Shown: positions 24,067 through 37,055 of the stretch, piece after piece
How positions within the stretch are numbered: position 1 is the first letter of the stretch
Layout: the number at the start of each line of letters is the position of its first letter
Assembly: GCF_004010195.1 (NCBI RefSeq)
Contig: NC_057718.1
Coordinates: 47,823,803 to 47,887,802 of the forward strand
Length of the DNA stretch: 64,000 bases
Reading direction: 5' to 3'
Origin: Chiloscyllium plagiosum
Lineage: Eukaryota
Made by a program: the position numbers and the translations under genes
The notes under the pieces: model-generated
Databases searched by the model: none
What the model was told of the DNA's origin: nothing
What the model saw: only the letters and a program-made list of their open reading frames with translations

Positions 24067-24587
24067 AATATTACACTCTTGTTCAAAAAAAGTAGAGAGG
24101 AATAAACTTAGGGATAGCAGCGAATCTTTGAGACAATCATGCCGAGATAATTGGTGCACAGAGAAGAATGTGTTAAAGCTCACTTAAATTTGTTAGAGCA
24201 AATTACGCTTTGATGAATTTAAATTTAACTGCTTTGAAGTAACTGTTTCGATGGAAATAGTGCAGTTGATGTTATTTGTGTAGACTTTGAAAAGGCATTT
24301 GGTCAAATATTACAACAGACTTCACTGCACAATTAAAACATGAAGGGTAAAGAGGCAAAGGGAGCTTGGATATGAAATTGGCTGAGAGACAGTATTGATG
24401 CACGGTTGCTTTGTAGTCTGAATGGAAGTGTATGGTGGTAGCTCTGAGGGTGAGACATAATGTGATGTTGGGGACAAAGCAGTTTTGCAAACTTCAGAAA
24501 AATGGAGACTAGTGAAATAAACAGACATGTGACATTTAACACAGAGATGATTGCATATTGGTAATGTCACTGGACTAATAATCAGAA

Positions 24588-24715
24588 TTTCCTGATGAAG
24601 GGCTCTTGCTTGAAACATCAATTTTCCTGCTCCTCGGGTGCTGTCTGACTTGCTGTGCTTTTTCAGCACTACACTCTCGACTCTGATCTCCAGCTCCTGC
24701 AGTCCTCACTTTTTC
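24588..24715 (+). mobile_element. PLE terminal fragment starting at the hammerhead motif, inserted in a SINE head
   Basis: CTGATGA 24592-24598, GAAAC 24612-24616; 13-bp TSD CTARTAATCAGAA at 24575-24587 and 24716-24728. Confidence 0.75.
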
Positions 24716-24728
24716 CTAGTAATCAGAA

Positions 24729-25116
24729 CTTTAGTTAATCTTCTGGGAACATGGGTTTGAATCCTAACATGGCAGGTGGTGAAAATTTGAATTCCATAAC
24801 AAGTTAACCTAATGGCAATCATGTCACTATTATTTACTTGTCATTTAAAAAAATTACATCTGGTTCACAAATGTCATTAAGGGAAGGAAATCTACCATCC
24901 TTACCTGGTCTGGCCTACGTATGACTCCAGACCCACAGTTAGAAGGTTGATTTTGACCCAGTAACACCGAAACACACTCCCTGACACTAATACTCACATC
25001 AAATGGACTTTGGTGGTTCAAGAGGGCAGCTTATCCTTGGCAGTTCGGGATGGGAAATAAATGCTGGCCTCGCCAGAAAACCCCGCGTTCCCAGAATGAT
25101 GGAAAGAAAGAAAAAA
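24729..25116 (+). mobile_element. Shark tRNA-derived SINE of a second family, with LINE-type tail
   Basis: GGTTTGAATCC B box; agggaaggaaatct..ccttacctggtctggcctac body; gggatgg..aataaatgctgg tail shared with 57547-57720. Confidence 0.6.
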
Positions 25117-25605
25117 GTTTGTCTTTTCACTAGTGTTGCCGTGCGTTGTTTATAAAGAATAGAACATTGTTGAATGATTGGATTTATTTTAGAAGTTTGA
25201 TCCACAGTATTCTATCTTGACATTAAAGTCCACAAATGTAGAATCAGCAGTGGTCTTTTGTAAGTTAAAATATGAATTAAAGTGCAGTTATTATGGACAG
25301 ATTTGCCCATTGCACACAGAGAGTGAGTTCCTGTATAACAGGTAAATAACCAGGCACTATTTCATTCGCTGCACTTAGAATGTGTCTTGGCTAAAGAAAA
25401 GTAGATGGTCAGGGAAAATTCCTACTTTAAAAGGATAACCCTTTGGCAATTGTTTAGAACAAACTTTCAGAACTTGAAATAAAATTTTGAAGAATTAAAC
25501 TTCATACACCCTTTTGTTACTTGCAGAATTCTCTTGTGTAAAATTTTAAAGTATGTGTTTCCATTTGTTTCCCACTCCCTCTCTTTCTCTCTGCCCCCAC
25601 CACAG

Positions 25606-25652
25606 AGATTTTGCTGCAGGAATTTGCAACAAGATTGGTGAAATGATTGAAG
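25606..25652 (+). CDS. INTS7: INTS7 exon 5
   Basis: 47 nt, DFAAGICNKIGEMIE; pyrimidine tract plus cacag acceptor, GTAAGA donor. Confidence 0.94.
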
Positions 25653-26251
25653 GTAAGACTTCAGAAAATCATGATATTTCAGGGATGTTATTGACTGTCC
25701 AAACTATCCATTACTTTGAAGCCATAGTTGGTTGTAAGGTTTGTATTTTCATTTACTGCATTGGTCATGCAGTCGCTTAATTTCCATAGAGATTTTTTAA
25801 AAATTGAATTCTCAGTGGCCAACTTAAAGGTGTGTCTCACCTCATTATCAAAGTTATCATCAAAGGTCCTGTCCCTTCATCTTCCAAGAATTCCTGAATA
25901 TTGTCCATCAAATAGACTTACTCCAGTGATTGCTTCTATGGCTTTGTTTGGCTAAATCATCAGCAACCTTAAACACCTGCAGGTTCCGTTTCTTCACCCA
26001 AAGAATATACTTTCAAGTGTGTGACATCTGGGTGGCTTGCAGTGAACAACTTTTTATCTCTTTCAACAACTGCTACTTCCCCATCTCTTCCTGTCCTTGT
26101 CTCCAGGGTATTTTATTAAACTCTGACTGCCTGGGAATCTGTAAGTCTGCACAAGGCAAAACAGCGGACTCTATTTGTGTTTGGATGTGAAATAGGGCAC
26201 TTGTCTCAGTAAGCCTTACTCCAAGGCAGCTCTCACTAGCACTAATAGCGA

Positions 26252-29200
26252 ACATAAGAAATAGGATCACCAGTAGGCCATTTGGCTGCTCAAACCTGCC
26301 CTATCATTCACTAAAGTCATGGCTGATACACCCCAGTTCTGTACTTGTTTTTTATGCCAGCTACTCATGCCCACCACTCCCAGATATTTTGTAAATCTGA
26401 CTCCTACTTAAACAATTAGACTCCACAAGTTTCTGGGTTAGAATCTTCCAGATGTTTTCACCCTTCTTGGAGAAGAAATGTTTCCACATTTAAATTTTAA
26501 TTCAGTGCCTCCTTATTCTGTAACTATGTCCCCTTGTATGATAGTACCCCATTCGTGGAAATATCTCTGTTAAGCCTATTAGGAATCTTTCAATAAGATT
26601 ACCCCTCATTCTTTGAAATCCTTATGAACAAGGGCCTAAGTTGTTGAGCTGTTCTTGATAATACAACATCTTCAAACCAGGAGTCAACCTTGTGAATTTT
26701 TTTTTGACTCATGGGACTGAGATATCACAGCAATTACAGAAACATGCCTCACGGATGAACAGGACTGGCAGCTTAATGTTCCAGGATACAAATGTTACAG
26801 GAAGGGCAGAAAGAGAGGAGGGGGAGTGGCATTTTTGATAAGGGATAGCATTACATCTGTGCTGTGGGATGATATTCTGCCCTTCCTGTAACATTTGTAT
26901 CCTGGAACATTGCTGTTTCTTTGTGCCCTCATCACAACATATCCTCTCACCTGTTTTTCTATCGGCAAATTTGGATACGTTATACATTGCCCCCTCCTCC
27001 ATATCATTAAATGAATAATAACTAATTGAGGCTCGAGGACTAATCCTTGTGGCACTCCACTAGTTACGTGTTTGCAACCTGAAAAAGACCCATTAATCCC
27101 AACTTGTCTTCTGTGTATTAATCAATTTTCAGTCAATGTTATTATATGATCCACAACAACATGAGCTATTTCATTCAGTAACTTTTTACACTGTACCTTA
27201 TTGAATGCCTTCTGGAAATCCAAATACCCTACATTTACTGGAGTTCCGGAATATTTCAACTAACACCTTCTCTGTCTCTGCCGCCACTTCCTTTAATACC
27301 CTTGAAGACTGGGCATCAAGTCATCAAAGTAAAGTTATTTGCTGTTGCCCTGTTCTCTATTATCAATTTGCCAGTTATATCCTCCAAGGGTCCCATATTC
27401 ACATTATATATTTGTAAGAGTTCTTGCTGTTTGTTTTTCTATTTCTTTCCAATTTACTTTCAATGAATTTTCTCCCCTTTTATTCGTCAACATGTGTGTC
27501 AAGCTTGAATCACAGAGCCATACTGATGCATACTACACCAGCAAAGACAGGGTCTCTGCCACCACTGCTGCATTCCTGAACTTGCTAACTTTATATAATT
27601 TATGCACAAGAAACTCCACATTCTTCTGTGCTGCGTTTTTCTGCAGCCATTCTCCATTTAAATAATATTCAGCTCCTTTATTTTTCCTCACATTTTCCAC
27701 ATTATATTTCATCTGCCAAGGTTTTTGTCCACTAATCATGAATATATCACTCTGCGGTTATCTTCTTCGGTTGCCTTTCCACCTATTATTGTCTTCTCCA
27801 CACTTTTCTGTAGTATGTTCCCTTACCTCATACAAATCGATATATATTGTAAAGAATTGTTGCCCCAGCACTGATTCCTGTGGCACTCCACTAGTTTGAG
27901 GATGTTACCTGAAAAATCTTCCTTTCTCCCAATTCCTGGTCAGCAATCCTTTATCCGTGCATGGTCATGAGAGGTAGGCAGGAAAGCAGGATTAAGACCA
28001 CAACTGGGTCAGCCATTTTTTTTTGAATGGCAGAACAGGTTCAAAGAGTTGAATGGCTTTTAAAATTCTTGTTCAAAATCTCGTGCCATTTCTTTGTTTC
28101 TCATTATTACCTCCTCTAAGGAATCAACATTTTCTTTAGCTTTTCTCACCCTTTTTATACACTTGATTAACAGAGCCACTCCAGCTTTCATCCCAAGATA
28201 TTATATACCTTTTTGTATTCAGATTCTCGCCACAGTCATGTTGCAACCATGTCTCTTGAATGACTATCATACTATACGAATATTTCTTCTTGTGCTATCA
28301 GTGTATCCATTGGTCACAAATGATGCATGCATTTGGATAAATGTACTTTATTTTGTCATTTTACAATTTTTCCATACTTTGTTCTCTGTTTGCTGATGGA
28401 CTCTTATGGTTAGACTGTGTTCTTTTCTACACTATTTATCATTACTCCCATTGCTACTGCTTTGTTCTTTCTTCTTAACTTACTTATTCTTCCCTTATTA
28501 TTCTTCCCTCCACTATTTAGTTTGATGCTATCTTACAGCGAGTAGTTTTATAATTCACTGTTACCCTGGTTCAGGTGAATACTGTCCCAACAGTGCAGCT
28601 GGCGGCTTCCCTACACTAGTATCAGTTCCCTATGAATCAGAATCCATTTCTCCCACACTACTTACCCATTGCCAATTTGCTTGTGGCTCAGGTGCTAATC
28701 TATTATTACCATCTTTTGTGGTTTTGCTTCTCAAGTTAATGCCCTAGCTACTCATATTCCTTACGGCAGTGCCTTTATTTTTTAGCCCAGCTACGTTCAT
28801 TGTACCCATATGAACCATGATAATTAGGTCCTTCTCCACCCACTTCCAAGTTCCTCTACAGCTGTGGAGAGATGCACTTAATTGTTGCAGGCAGTGCAGC
28901 CTTTGCTACTCTTGCTCTTGGCTGAAGAGAATGGTATTCATTGCCCTAACTTTCCAGTCCTCTACTGTAAACTAATTTCCTTTTAATCCACTCACTTTGA
29001 GTGGCTCTCTGCATCGTGGTTTGCTCATCCTCCCTGCAGACTCTGCTCTCATCCACCTAATTTACAAGAACCTTAAACCCTGCTTGGCAGATTTAAGGAC
29101 TGAGATTTCTGCACTGCTATCTCTAGATCTCCATATTTGCCTCAGTCATAATTTCACTCTCATCCTTCACCATGAGTCAAATATGAAGTATTAAGTACAG

Positions 29201-29290
29201 GGGCGTGACTGGTTCCTGCAACAAAATGTCATGGTAGTTTTTCTTCTAATGATTGTAGTTTCCAAAGTCTGGACTCTGGCTGTAGAAAGA
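26252..29290 (-). mobile_element. Stack of old CR1 fragments
   Basis: 3' UTR at 26252; repeated gtggcactccactag (SGVPQG); SKFAD-like remnants. Confidence 0.7.
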
Positions 29291-30196
29291 GCAGCACTTC
29301 CTTCTTCCTTTGTACTCATCCCATCTGCACCGAGTTAATATCCATATTTCATAACTCTTTGTGCCTGCAACACTCTATAAAAGCAGATGACTAGCACCCA
29401 ACTGCTAATTCTCCTCCCTCCGATAGCAATGAACAGCTATTCACTTCCAGTTGATGGACAATAATTGCTGCTGCCGTTTCTGTGAACTCGGCTCATTAAC
29501 GAGTTTGCAGTTTTGAAGTTTTAACTCAGAGTCTTGACTGTTTATCGAAATTATGGCTTGATGGAAAACTTGACAGAGATTCTCATCTCTGCCAGATTTT
29601 AACATTAGAGCTCAAATGAAAAAAATGCAAGCGTAGAAGATGTGAATCTCCACTGCACATATTCAGGAGGTGTTGTTGCTATGCCTAGGTTACATAATAG
29701 TACAGACAGACCTAGGACAGGATTAGTCAAATCTCATGAAAGACGTTTTGGCTGCTAATGGGGCCTACTGAAACCAAGCAGGGATCTAAGATGGACTTTG
29801 TAATACTGTTTGGGAGACTACGATAAAACACAATGTTTTTGTGGAACTGTAATGGTCCCAATGATCATAATCTAGTGTATCCTGCTATCTACAATTGAGA
29901 TGCCTTTCATTTAACCAGCCTGCCTGGGGCATCAAATCAATAGCTCATTAAATACTCCCTCAAAGCTAGATTCCTGGTATTGGAGCAGTCTGTATTAATT
30001 TGATGCTTGGATAGGTTACTTGCAAGACTTGACTATATAAAGAACATACCCTGATTTTGAATAACCCTGATAATATTTAGCTATGTAAAAGTCATTGGAC
30101 ACTGGCAATACTAAGTGTGGAGAGGAAGAAGTTCCAGTTTATGCAAGGAAGCTAAATACTGGAATGGAAAATTCAAGATGTTACATATCCAAACAC

Positions 30197-30450
30197 TTAG
30201 AATCATAGAATCCCTAGTATGGAAACAGGCCATTTGGCCCAACAAGTTCACAGCGACCCTCTGAAGAGCAACCCACCCAGACCCACTCCCCTACCCTATT
30301 ACTCTACATTTATTCCTGCTAATGCACCTGACCCACACATCCCAGAACATTATGGGCAATTTAGCATGGCCAGTTCACCTAGTTTGCACATTGTTGGATT
30401 GGGGGAGGAAACCTGGAGGAATCCAGCGCAGGCAAGGGGAGAATGTGGAT
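30197..30450 (-). mobile_element. HE1-type SINE, 5'-truncated
   Basis: Tail and central domain only. Confidence 0.8.
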
Positions 30451-32141
30451 TACTTAGATTTCACAGACCTCAAAAAATATTGCCATAGAACAGTTTCTTG
30501 GATTCTGCTTCTTGGATTCTGTTTCAAGACAGTAGTTTTCCGTGGCATCCAGTGCTTCAAAAGTCGCCATCTTTTTGGTCACAGCACATTTTAGAATACA
30601 GCACCTATGACATTATATGCACTTTAGTGGTCGTCTCAATGGATCTCAAACAAATATGAGTTAATATTCTTGGTGGATATTATTCTTTGGGTTTTCCAAT
30701 CATAAAAACTTACAGTCTAATCTTTTTCACTATCTGATTGTCCCAAGGAAAGTTTAAAGTTCAGTTGAAGGAGGTATGTGGTACAGGCTCAATTAGGCAT
30801 CCATGATTATTGCAAACTGATGCAGCTCTGTAAATATATGATTTAAAAATAAAAGCAAACATGCCTTGGAATAGGCCATTTCCATAAAACAAGTGGCGAA
30901 GAGAATTTTGACATCAGCAAAATCATACGAATCTGAGCATTCATCTCTTTTCAAATCCCTCATGATTTTGGATCTTCTGATCTCCTTTGAGTCTTCTCTT
31001 TAAGGAGAAGAATTGTAACTTCTCCAATCTTTCTACATAACTGAAGTTCCTCATCTTTGTAACTGTTATTGTGAATCTTTTATGTTCTCTCTCATACGTT
31101 TATGTCTTTCCGTAAGTGTGGTGCTCAGAACTGGATATAATGCTCCAGTTGACTTTGACACTGTGTTCTGTTCAAGTTTAACATGCTTCCTTGCTTTTGT
31201 ATTCTATGTTCCTATTCATAAAGGGTATAAGTACTTCACAATTTTTGCCCGTATCTGTAACTACCTTATCAGTTTGATTCTCTAAATCTTTCCCACTATT
31301 TAGTGGCCTGGAGAATACACCAAGCAATGCAATTGCACTGTTTCTTTCTTAGGTCTAATCACACAGATTCTATTCTTCTCCCCTCATAGACATCTCTTTC
31401 CAATGCTACAGTGTTCATCTTAAGGAACACTGACCACAATTCGTTTAATCCCTCCCCTGTAGTCCTAGCAAAGCAAAGAAATTAGTCCTAGCTTTGTTTA
31501 GGTGCAGCCAGGCCTGTTAGTATCGGTCCCATCTCCCCCACAGTTGGACCCAGGGTCTCAGGAATCTAAAATCCTCCCTCCTACGCATCCACTTTATCCA
31601 CTTCTATATTCAATCAAGTTGTTTGGAAGTAGCCCAGAGATGACTACTTTTGAGGGCTTACTTGCTCATTTATTATCTAACCTCCTGAATGCAGGACTTC
31701 TGCATTCCTTTTTCTGCCGATGTATCATTTTTTTTGGGCACTTTGGGCTATTATATCCTGTCAAATTAAATTGTAGATATTTGTCGTGGTGGATGTTTGC
31801 CATTTGATAAATGAAGGCCCCATTTAACTATGTTTTCATGACAACAGAGTTGTCAAGAAAAATCTCTCAAGGTGAAAAGTTGATAGGGATGAACCAATGA
31901 CAATGAAGCTTTGTGAGTGCTATGCAAAAATACTTTTCTCATCTAAAATTTAACTCCAGTTAGCATCTACACCTTCAAGTCTGATTTCCATGCGTGTGCC
32001 CTTTGCATGTTTGACTTAGATGTTTTAAGTATAATATGCTCAACCCTCCCTCTACTGTGTTTGTCCAAAATATATTGTTGTTACGTGTTGAAAGCAAGAA
32101 AATATAGCTTTCCCTTAATAACTTAGAACTTTCCTTTCTAG

Positions 32142-32341
32142 GATTAGCTACACCTGTGGATCTGAAGTTGAAATTGATCCCCATTCTGCAGCATATGCAT
32201 CATGATGCTACCCTCGCTTCCAGCACTCGAGTTCTTCTGCAGAAATTGGTTGCATTGTACCCTTCCACCAAGATGGTAATAGTTACACTTCATACTTGTA
32301 CGCAACTAGCTGCATCTTCACTGGTTGATATTCCAAAGCAG
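32142..32341 (+). CDS. INTS7: INTS7 exon 6
   Basis: GLATPVDLKLKLIPILQHMHHDA...SSLVDIPKQ; GTAAGG donor. Confidence 0.96.
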
Positions 32342-32460
32342 GTAAGGGTTATCTTTCAAAGTCTACCTAGTCTTTAGAAAACTACCAGTTCACTCCCCTT
32401 AAATATTTGTGTATTTAATTAATTTAATCAATCTAACTCTTTATTCTCAGCATGGTTAGT

Positions 32461-32779
32461 GGGCGGCACGGTGGCACAGTGGTTAGCACTGCTGCCTCAC
32501 AGCGCCAGAGACCCGGGTTCAATTCCCGCCTCAGGCGACTGACTGTGGAGTTTGCACGTGTCTGCGTGGGTTTCCTCCGGGTGCTCCGGTTTCCTCCCAC
32601 AATCCAAAAATGTGCAGGTTAGGTGAATTGACCATGCTAAATTGTCCGTAGTGTTAGGTGAAGGGGTAAGTGTAGGAGTATGGGTCTGGGTGGTATACGC
32701 TTCGGCGGGTCGGTGTGGACTTGTTGGGCCGAAGGGCCTGTTTCCACACTGTAAGTAATCTAATCTAATCTAATCTAAT
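32461..32779 (+). mobile_element. Young full-length HE1-type SINE
   Basis: Intact A box TGGCACAGTGG and B box GGTTCAATTCC; CpGs retained; (taatc)n tail. Confidence 0.9.
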
Positions 32780-32819
32780 TGTGGGAAATCCTAGGCAAGT
32801 AATTTGAGTCAAAATTAAT

Positions 32820-32936
32820 TTAGAGGTGCCGGCGTTGGACTGGGGTGTACAAAGTTAAAAATCTCGCAACACCAAGTTATAGTCCAACAGGTTTATTTGG
32901 AAGCACTAGCTTTCAGAGCATTGCTCCTTCATCAGA
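32820..32936 (-). mobile_element. PLE terminal fragment with hammerhead motif
   Basis: Minus strand CTGATGA-AGGAGC-AAT-GCTCT-GAAA-GC-TA; flanking TCAAAATT repeat. Confidence 0.7.
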
Positions 32937-33572
32937 TCAAAATTGTCATTGTCCACTGGGACTGCAGGAGGATTACATGATCCTTAATATAAAAGATAGC
33001 AGCTTTTCTTGTTTTATTCTTTGTTTCCTTTGAGATATAACTTTGTTAGGACTTTTTTGCCAATGCCACATAAACTATTCAGTATAAACTGCAAAAAATT
33101 GTGGGTTTATAGTGTTCATTGTGGTGAATGCCAAATCTGATTAGCGACAGCAGGCTCTTTATTTCTGGTAGTTATTGAAAGATTGCTATGGAAGTGGAAG
33201 TGGCAGAAGAAAAGCTTTGCAAAACTATTTGAGAAATCTAATTAAGGACCACTTCCCAATCTCTATTCTAGTTCTTCCAAAGATTGAAGCAAGTAGTTTG
33301 GAAGTCAGAGCAGTTTGAAAAATGATTTGGTGATCAGAGTTTTAATTTGAAAGACAATTCTACTAGAACCCAAACAAACTTCAAGTGGTTTGGTGATTTT
33401 ATGAGCAATATAAAACAGTTGTCAAAATGAGTGTATTTAAACTTTCTTTATAATTGATTTTGATAGACAATTACTTTAAAACAAAGTATTTATTGTGGTT
33501 GAAACTTCAGTACATTGTAGGCTGTGACTAATTTGGTCTGTTTTCTCTATTGTTTTACTCTGTGTTGAACAG

Positions 33573-33695
33573 ATTCAGCTTTTGCTGCAATATTTGAAGG
33601 AAGACCCCAGAAAAGCTGTGAAGAGACTCTCTTTTCAAGATCTGAAATTGTTGGCTCATAAAACACCACACATGTGGAGCAGAGATAACATTCAG
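33573..33695 (+). CDS. INTS7: INTS7 exon 7
   Basis: IQLLLQYLKEDPRKAVKRLSFQDLKLLAHKTPHMWSRDNIQ; GTATTT donor. Confidence 0.95.
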
Positions 33696-34991
33696 GTATT
33701 TTCAGATTAAATCCAGGCATGAATACTGAGAAATGGTTAAGTGAATTAACTTGGCATGAGGCTCAAGAAAGTGCCACGATTACAATTAATTGTTCTAAAT
33801 ATGCACTGTTTCACTTCTTGACCAGTTAGTCTTTTTTGTAGACATTCATAAAATTATCTGCTGGCTTGGTTTGGAAAAGTGTGCACTTCCGCAAATAATG
33901 CTATCAATGTGAAAACTCTTTACATTGTCGTACGTTTCCTTTGATCTGGATTTTAAATGGTTTTCTATTGCGAGCTTATTGATAAAGCTTTCTATATTTG
34001 TGTCTAAATCATTAATATACATTAATATAGAACAAAGAAAAATATAGCACAGGCCCTGCGTCTCTTCAAGCCTGCCTGATTGCCAACATAATGGGTTGGC
34101 TGACTGTTGGTAGTCACATGGCACAAAAGAAAACCATTTGGCCTTTTGTGCCCATGTCAATTATTGTGAAAGCTACTGTTGAATCCACCTCTTTGGTTAG
34201 TGTATTTCAGATCAAAATTCAATGTAAAATTACTTCTCTCCTCACTTCCACATCATTGATGACAGAGCTTATCAACTGAATTTTTTTGAACTCCTTATTC
34301 AATGCCTCCACATCTCTTCAACCTTTAAAACCTTCAAACACCATAATTTTGATGAAGTGTTTGGCTACCCATTTTAATACAAACTTCTCTGGCTGAATGT
34401 TTGTTTTCCTACAGCTATTTCTAAAGAGCTTTGGGCTTTTCTCTCATGTGAAAATCATGTAATAAATGCAGATTACTGTCATATGTAACATTTGCAGATT
34501 GTGCTTCCAAGCGTCTGTTTGCTTTGGTACCTGATAGATTAGAAATTGAATTAGATTTTATTGTGATGTGTATTGAAGTACAGGGATACAGGAATACAGT
34601 GAAAAGTGTACAATGTTGCCATTCCCAGTACCATCTTAGGTACGAAGGTACCTAGGTACAAAATCTTAGGTACAAAGTAGAAAAATAAGGAAATAAATTT
34701 AAAAGTTCTGCATTTAAGATTAGTACCAGTGATACATTGCCAGAAGTGTTTTCAGTTGGGATTGTTCAATGTGTATATTGATTTATAGTTAGTCATTTGC
34801 TTTATTAACCATTACCCTTTATGAGAATAGCAAGCTCATCAAATTTAATGGGTTATCACATTTAATCCAAACCTTACAAAGTGTCAAATTTGTCGTTTTA
34901 TCAATATAACATCTATCTTTTTATGAAATGACTTGTCTTTGATTCCTGTTCCTTAATGACATTGTGATAACTTTTTCTCTTTTTTATCAAG

Positions 34992-35109
34992 TCACTGTGT
35001 GAATGTGCCCTTCAGAGCCCTTATGACAACTTGAAATTGGGTACGCTTTCTGTTTTGTCCACATTGTCTGGAACTATTGCTATGAATCAGTACTATTACA
35101 ATTCGCAAG
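34992..35109 (+). CDS. INTS7: INTS7 exon 8
   Basis: SLCECALQSPYDNLKLGTLSVLSTLSGTIAMNQYYYNSQ; GTAAGG donor. Confidence 0.95.
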
Positions 35110-35399
35110 GTAAGGCTAACTTCTTAGCACCAGTGATTTCAATCAGATATATGAAATTGAACTTTGCTCTGCAGTTCTCTGAAAAGATTGTTTCTAAAGC
35201 TGGAAGTATTTGCTTTTAATGCAGACTGGATTGGTCAGATTGAGAATTAACTGATATAAAGGCACCCAATTCATTTGAGTTACATGGGCTTAAATGATTG
35301 ACAGTTGGGCTGTTTCAGATAGCCAGTTGGTGAAGGCTAGAACGTGTGTATAATCTTTTGTTTTTATTTAGAGATGCACCATGAGCATGTGCCTCAACA

Positions 35400-35503
35400 C
35401 ATTGATTAAAAATATTTTTAATTCAGACATTTTATGAGACACCTCTGGAGCAGATGGACCTTCTGGCCCCAGTAAGGCTTCTACCACTGTGCCATAAGAG
35501 CCC
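35400..35503 (-). mobile_element. Short tRNA-derived SINE
   Basis: Homologous to 36365-36471; minus-strand A box TGGCACAGTGG. Confidence 0.55.
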
Positions 35504-35879
35504 TCTGCATCTCAATTAGACTGCTGTCTATCAAAGCACAAGTGAATCCCCATTAAATGCTACCACTTGAATGCAATCCAGTACTCAACTAACATATACT
35601 TAACAGTGGGGATGCTACAGTCTGTCTAAATGATCTTGAAGTGGGAGCAGGAGAATCAGCATGTTTCATCCTCCATATAGATATTTTATGACATTGTGGA
35701 AACAGTATTTAACAATGGAAGCATCCAGCCAGTATGTCAGCCATCATTATCTCAGCTCATACACAAAAGGTGGGGGCTTTTGGCAGAGCTCCTGGAGGTT
35801 AACTGCCTGCTGTGCAACTTCTACTTCAGGACCAATTATGGTGCAAGAGGGAAAATAAAGAAAAAAAAAGGCGTTATGC

Positions 35880-36310
35880 TTTTCACAACCTCAGGATGTC
35901 CCAAAGTGCTATATCACCAAATATAAAATTTGGAGTGTAGTCACTGTTATAAAATAGTCAATCTGGCAATTTATTTAGCAAGGTCATTCTCCAGCCCTTC
36001 ACAGTTTTGAAGAATAGTTATTCTGGTCTGAAAAGGTTAACTGTTTCTCTGTCTCCACCAATGCTACCAAACTTATTGAGTTTTCTGGAATTTTCCATTT
36101 TATTTCAATAACAAGATAGTTTGTTATAATGATATTGATTGAAGGAGAAATGTTGGCCAGGACAGTAACTCCCCAGCCCATCAACCAAGTGCTGCGGGCT
36201 CTTTTAAATCCACCTGGGCCATAGTTTAACATTTTCCCCAAAATATAACCAATTCAAAACCATAACACTCCCTCAACTATACTGGAGTGATATTCTGTGA
36301 AAATATTTGA
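35880..36310 (-). mobile_element. Degenerate Deu-domain SINE with nested PLE tail
   Basis: ctcaggatgtcccaaagtgct tail; gttggccaggaca..atccacctg core. Confidence 0.5.
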
Positions 36311-36364
36311 GTAAGAAATTAGACATTTGAATGAATAGTATTTCTTTGCTGACTTTTTGTTTTC

Positions 36365-36471
36365 ATCAACCTGTTTGGAGATTTTATGACACACCTCTGA
36401 AGCAGGTGGGACTTGAGCCCAGGCTTCCTCGCTCAGACGTAGGGACGCTCTCACTCCACCACAAGAGCCCC
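36365..36471 (-). mobile_element. Short tRNA-derived SINE
   Basis: B-box-like GGCTCAAGTCC on minus; homologous to 35400-35503. Confidence 0.55.
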
Positions 36472-36923
36472 TCCATTTTCTTGCCTGACAGTGTTTTAAA
36501 GTTATTATCATTTGTCAAGAGTTAGTGAACCATGTTCTTCAAAATGAGAGGTCCTAAGTTCTCAACTGAAAAGATTGCACTTGCATTTGCAGTCCTTTTG
36601 TTCCTTCCATCAGAAATTTCACAAATATAGGACCTCATTTGTTTAGTAGCTTACAGCTCTCATTTCCAAAAAATTGAATAGGTATGTAGCTGTACGTTAA
36701 GATATCACTAAAATTGGTAATAAAGTGCGTTAATTTGTTTCTCTCAGCTACGCTGTCGCGAATTTGTTTCTGCTCTGCACATGGCGAAAATCGAGTCCAG
36801 GATTAAACAAGAAGTGCCTAACCTTATTTTGAAGTAAATAACTGATTGGACTTGCTGATTTGTATGCTGGATGATTGAAATATGAATGCAGCTGATCTAT
36901 TTGCATTTCTTCTCCTTTAAAAG

Positions 36924-37055
36924 GAAACACTACTGCTCCTGTGCATCCTGATGACCTGATAAAACTTGTGCAAGAGTGTTGTTACCATAGCAACTGTGCA
37001 CTTGCAGCCCACAGTGTTACTGTTCTGACAAATATAGCTTCCTGCTTGGAGAAAG
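36924..37055 (+). CDS. INTS7: INTS7 exon 9
   Basis: GNTTAPVHPDDLIKLVQECCYHSNCALAAHSVTVLTNIASCLEK; GTAATC donor. Confidence 0.92.

Noticed and set aside
32461..32535. tRNA gene (A and B boxes)
   Set aside because: It is the tRNA-derived head of an HE1 SINE and continues into the SINE body and tail.
34630..34680. Short repeats ATCTTAGGTAC / GTACCTAGGTAC as a CRISPR-like or regulatory array
   Set aside because: Only 2-3 irregular units, in what looks like a retroelement 3' tail; eukaryotic context with no spacers or cas genes.
33696..34991. INTS7 intron 7 as a U12 intron (GTATTTTC donor; TTCCTTAAT at 34949-34957)
   Set aside because: The donor lacks CC at +5/+6, the branch-like motif is ~34 nt from the AG, and a strong pyrimidine tract follows; this fits U2 better.
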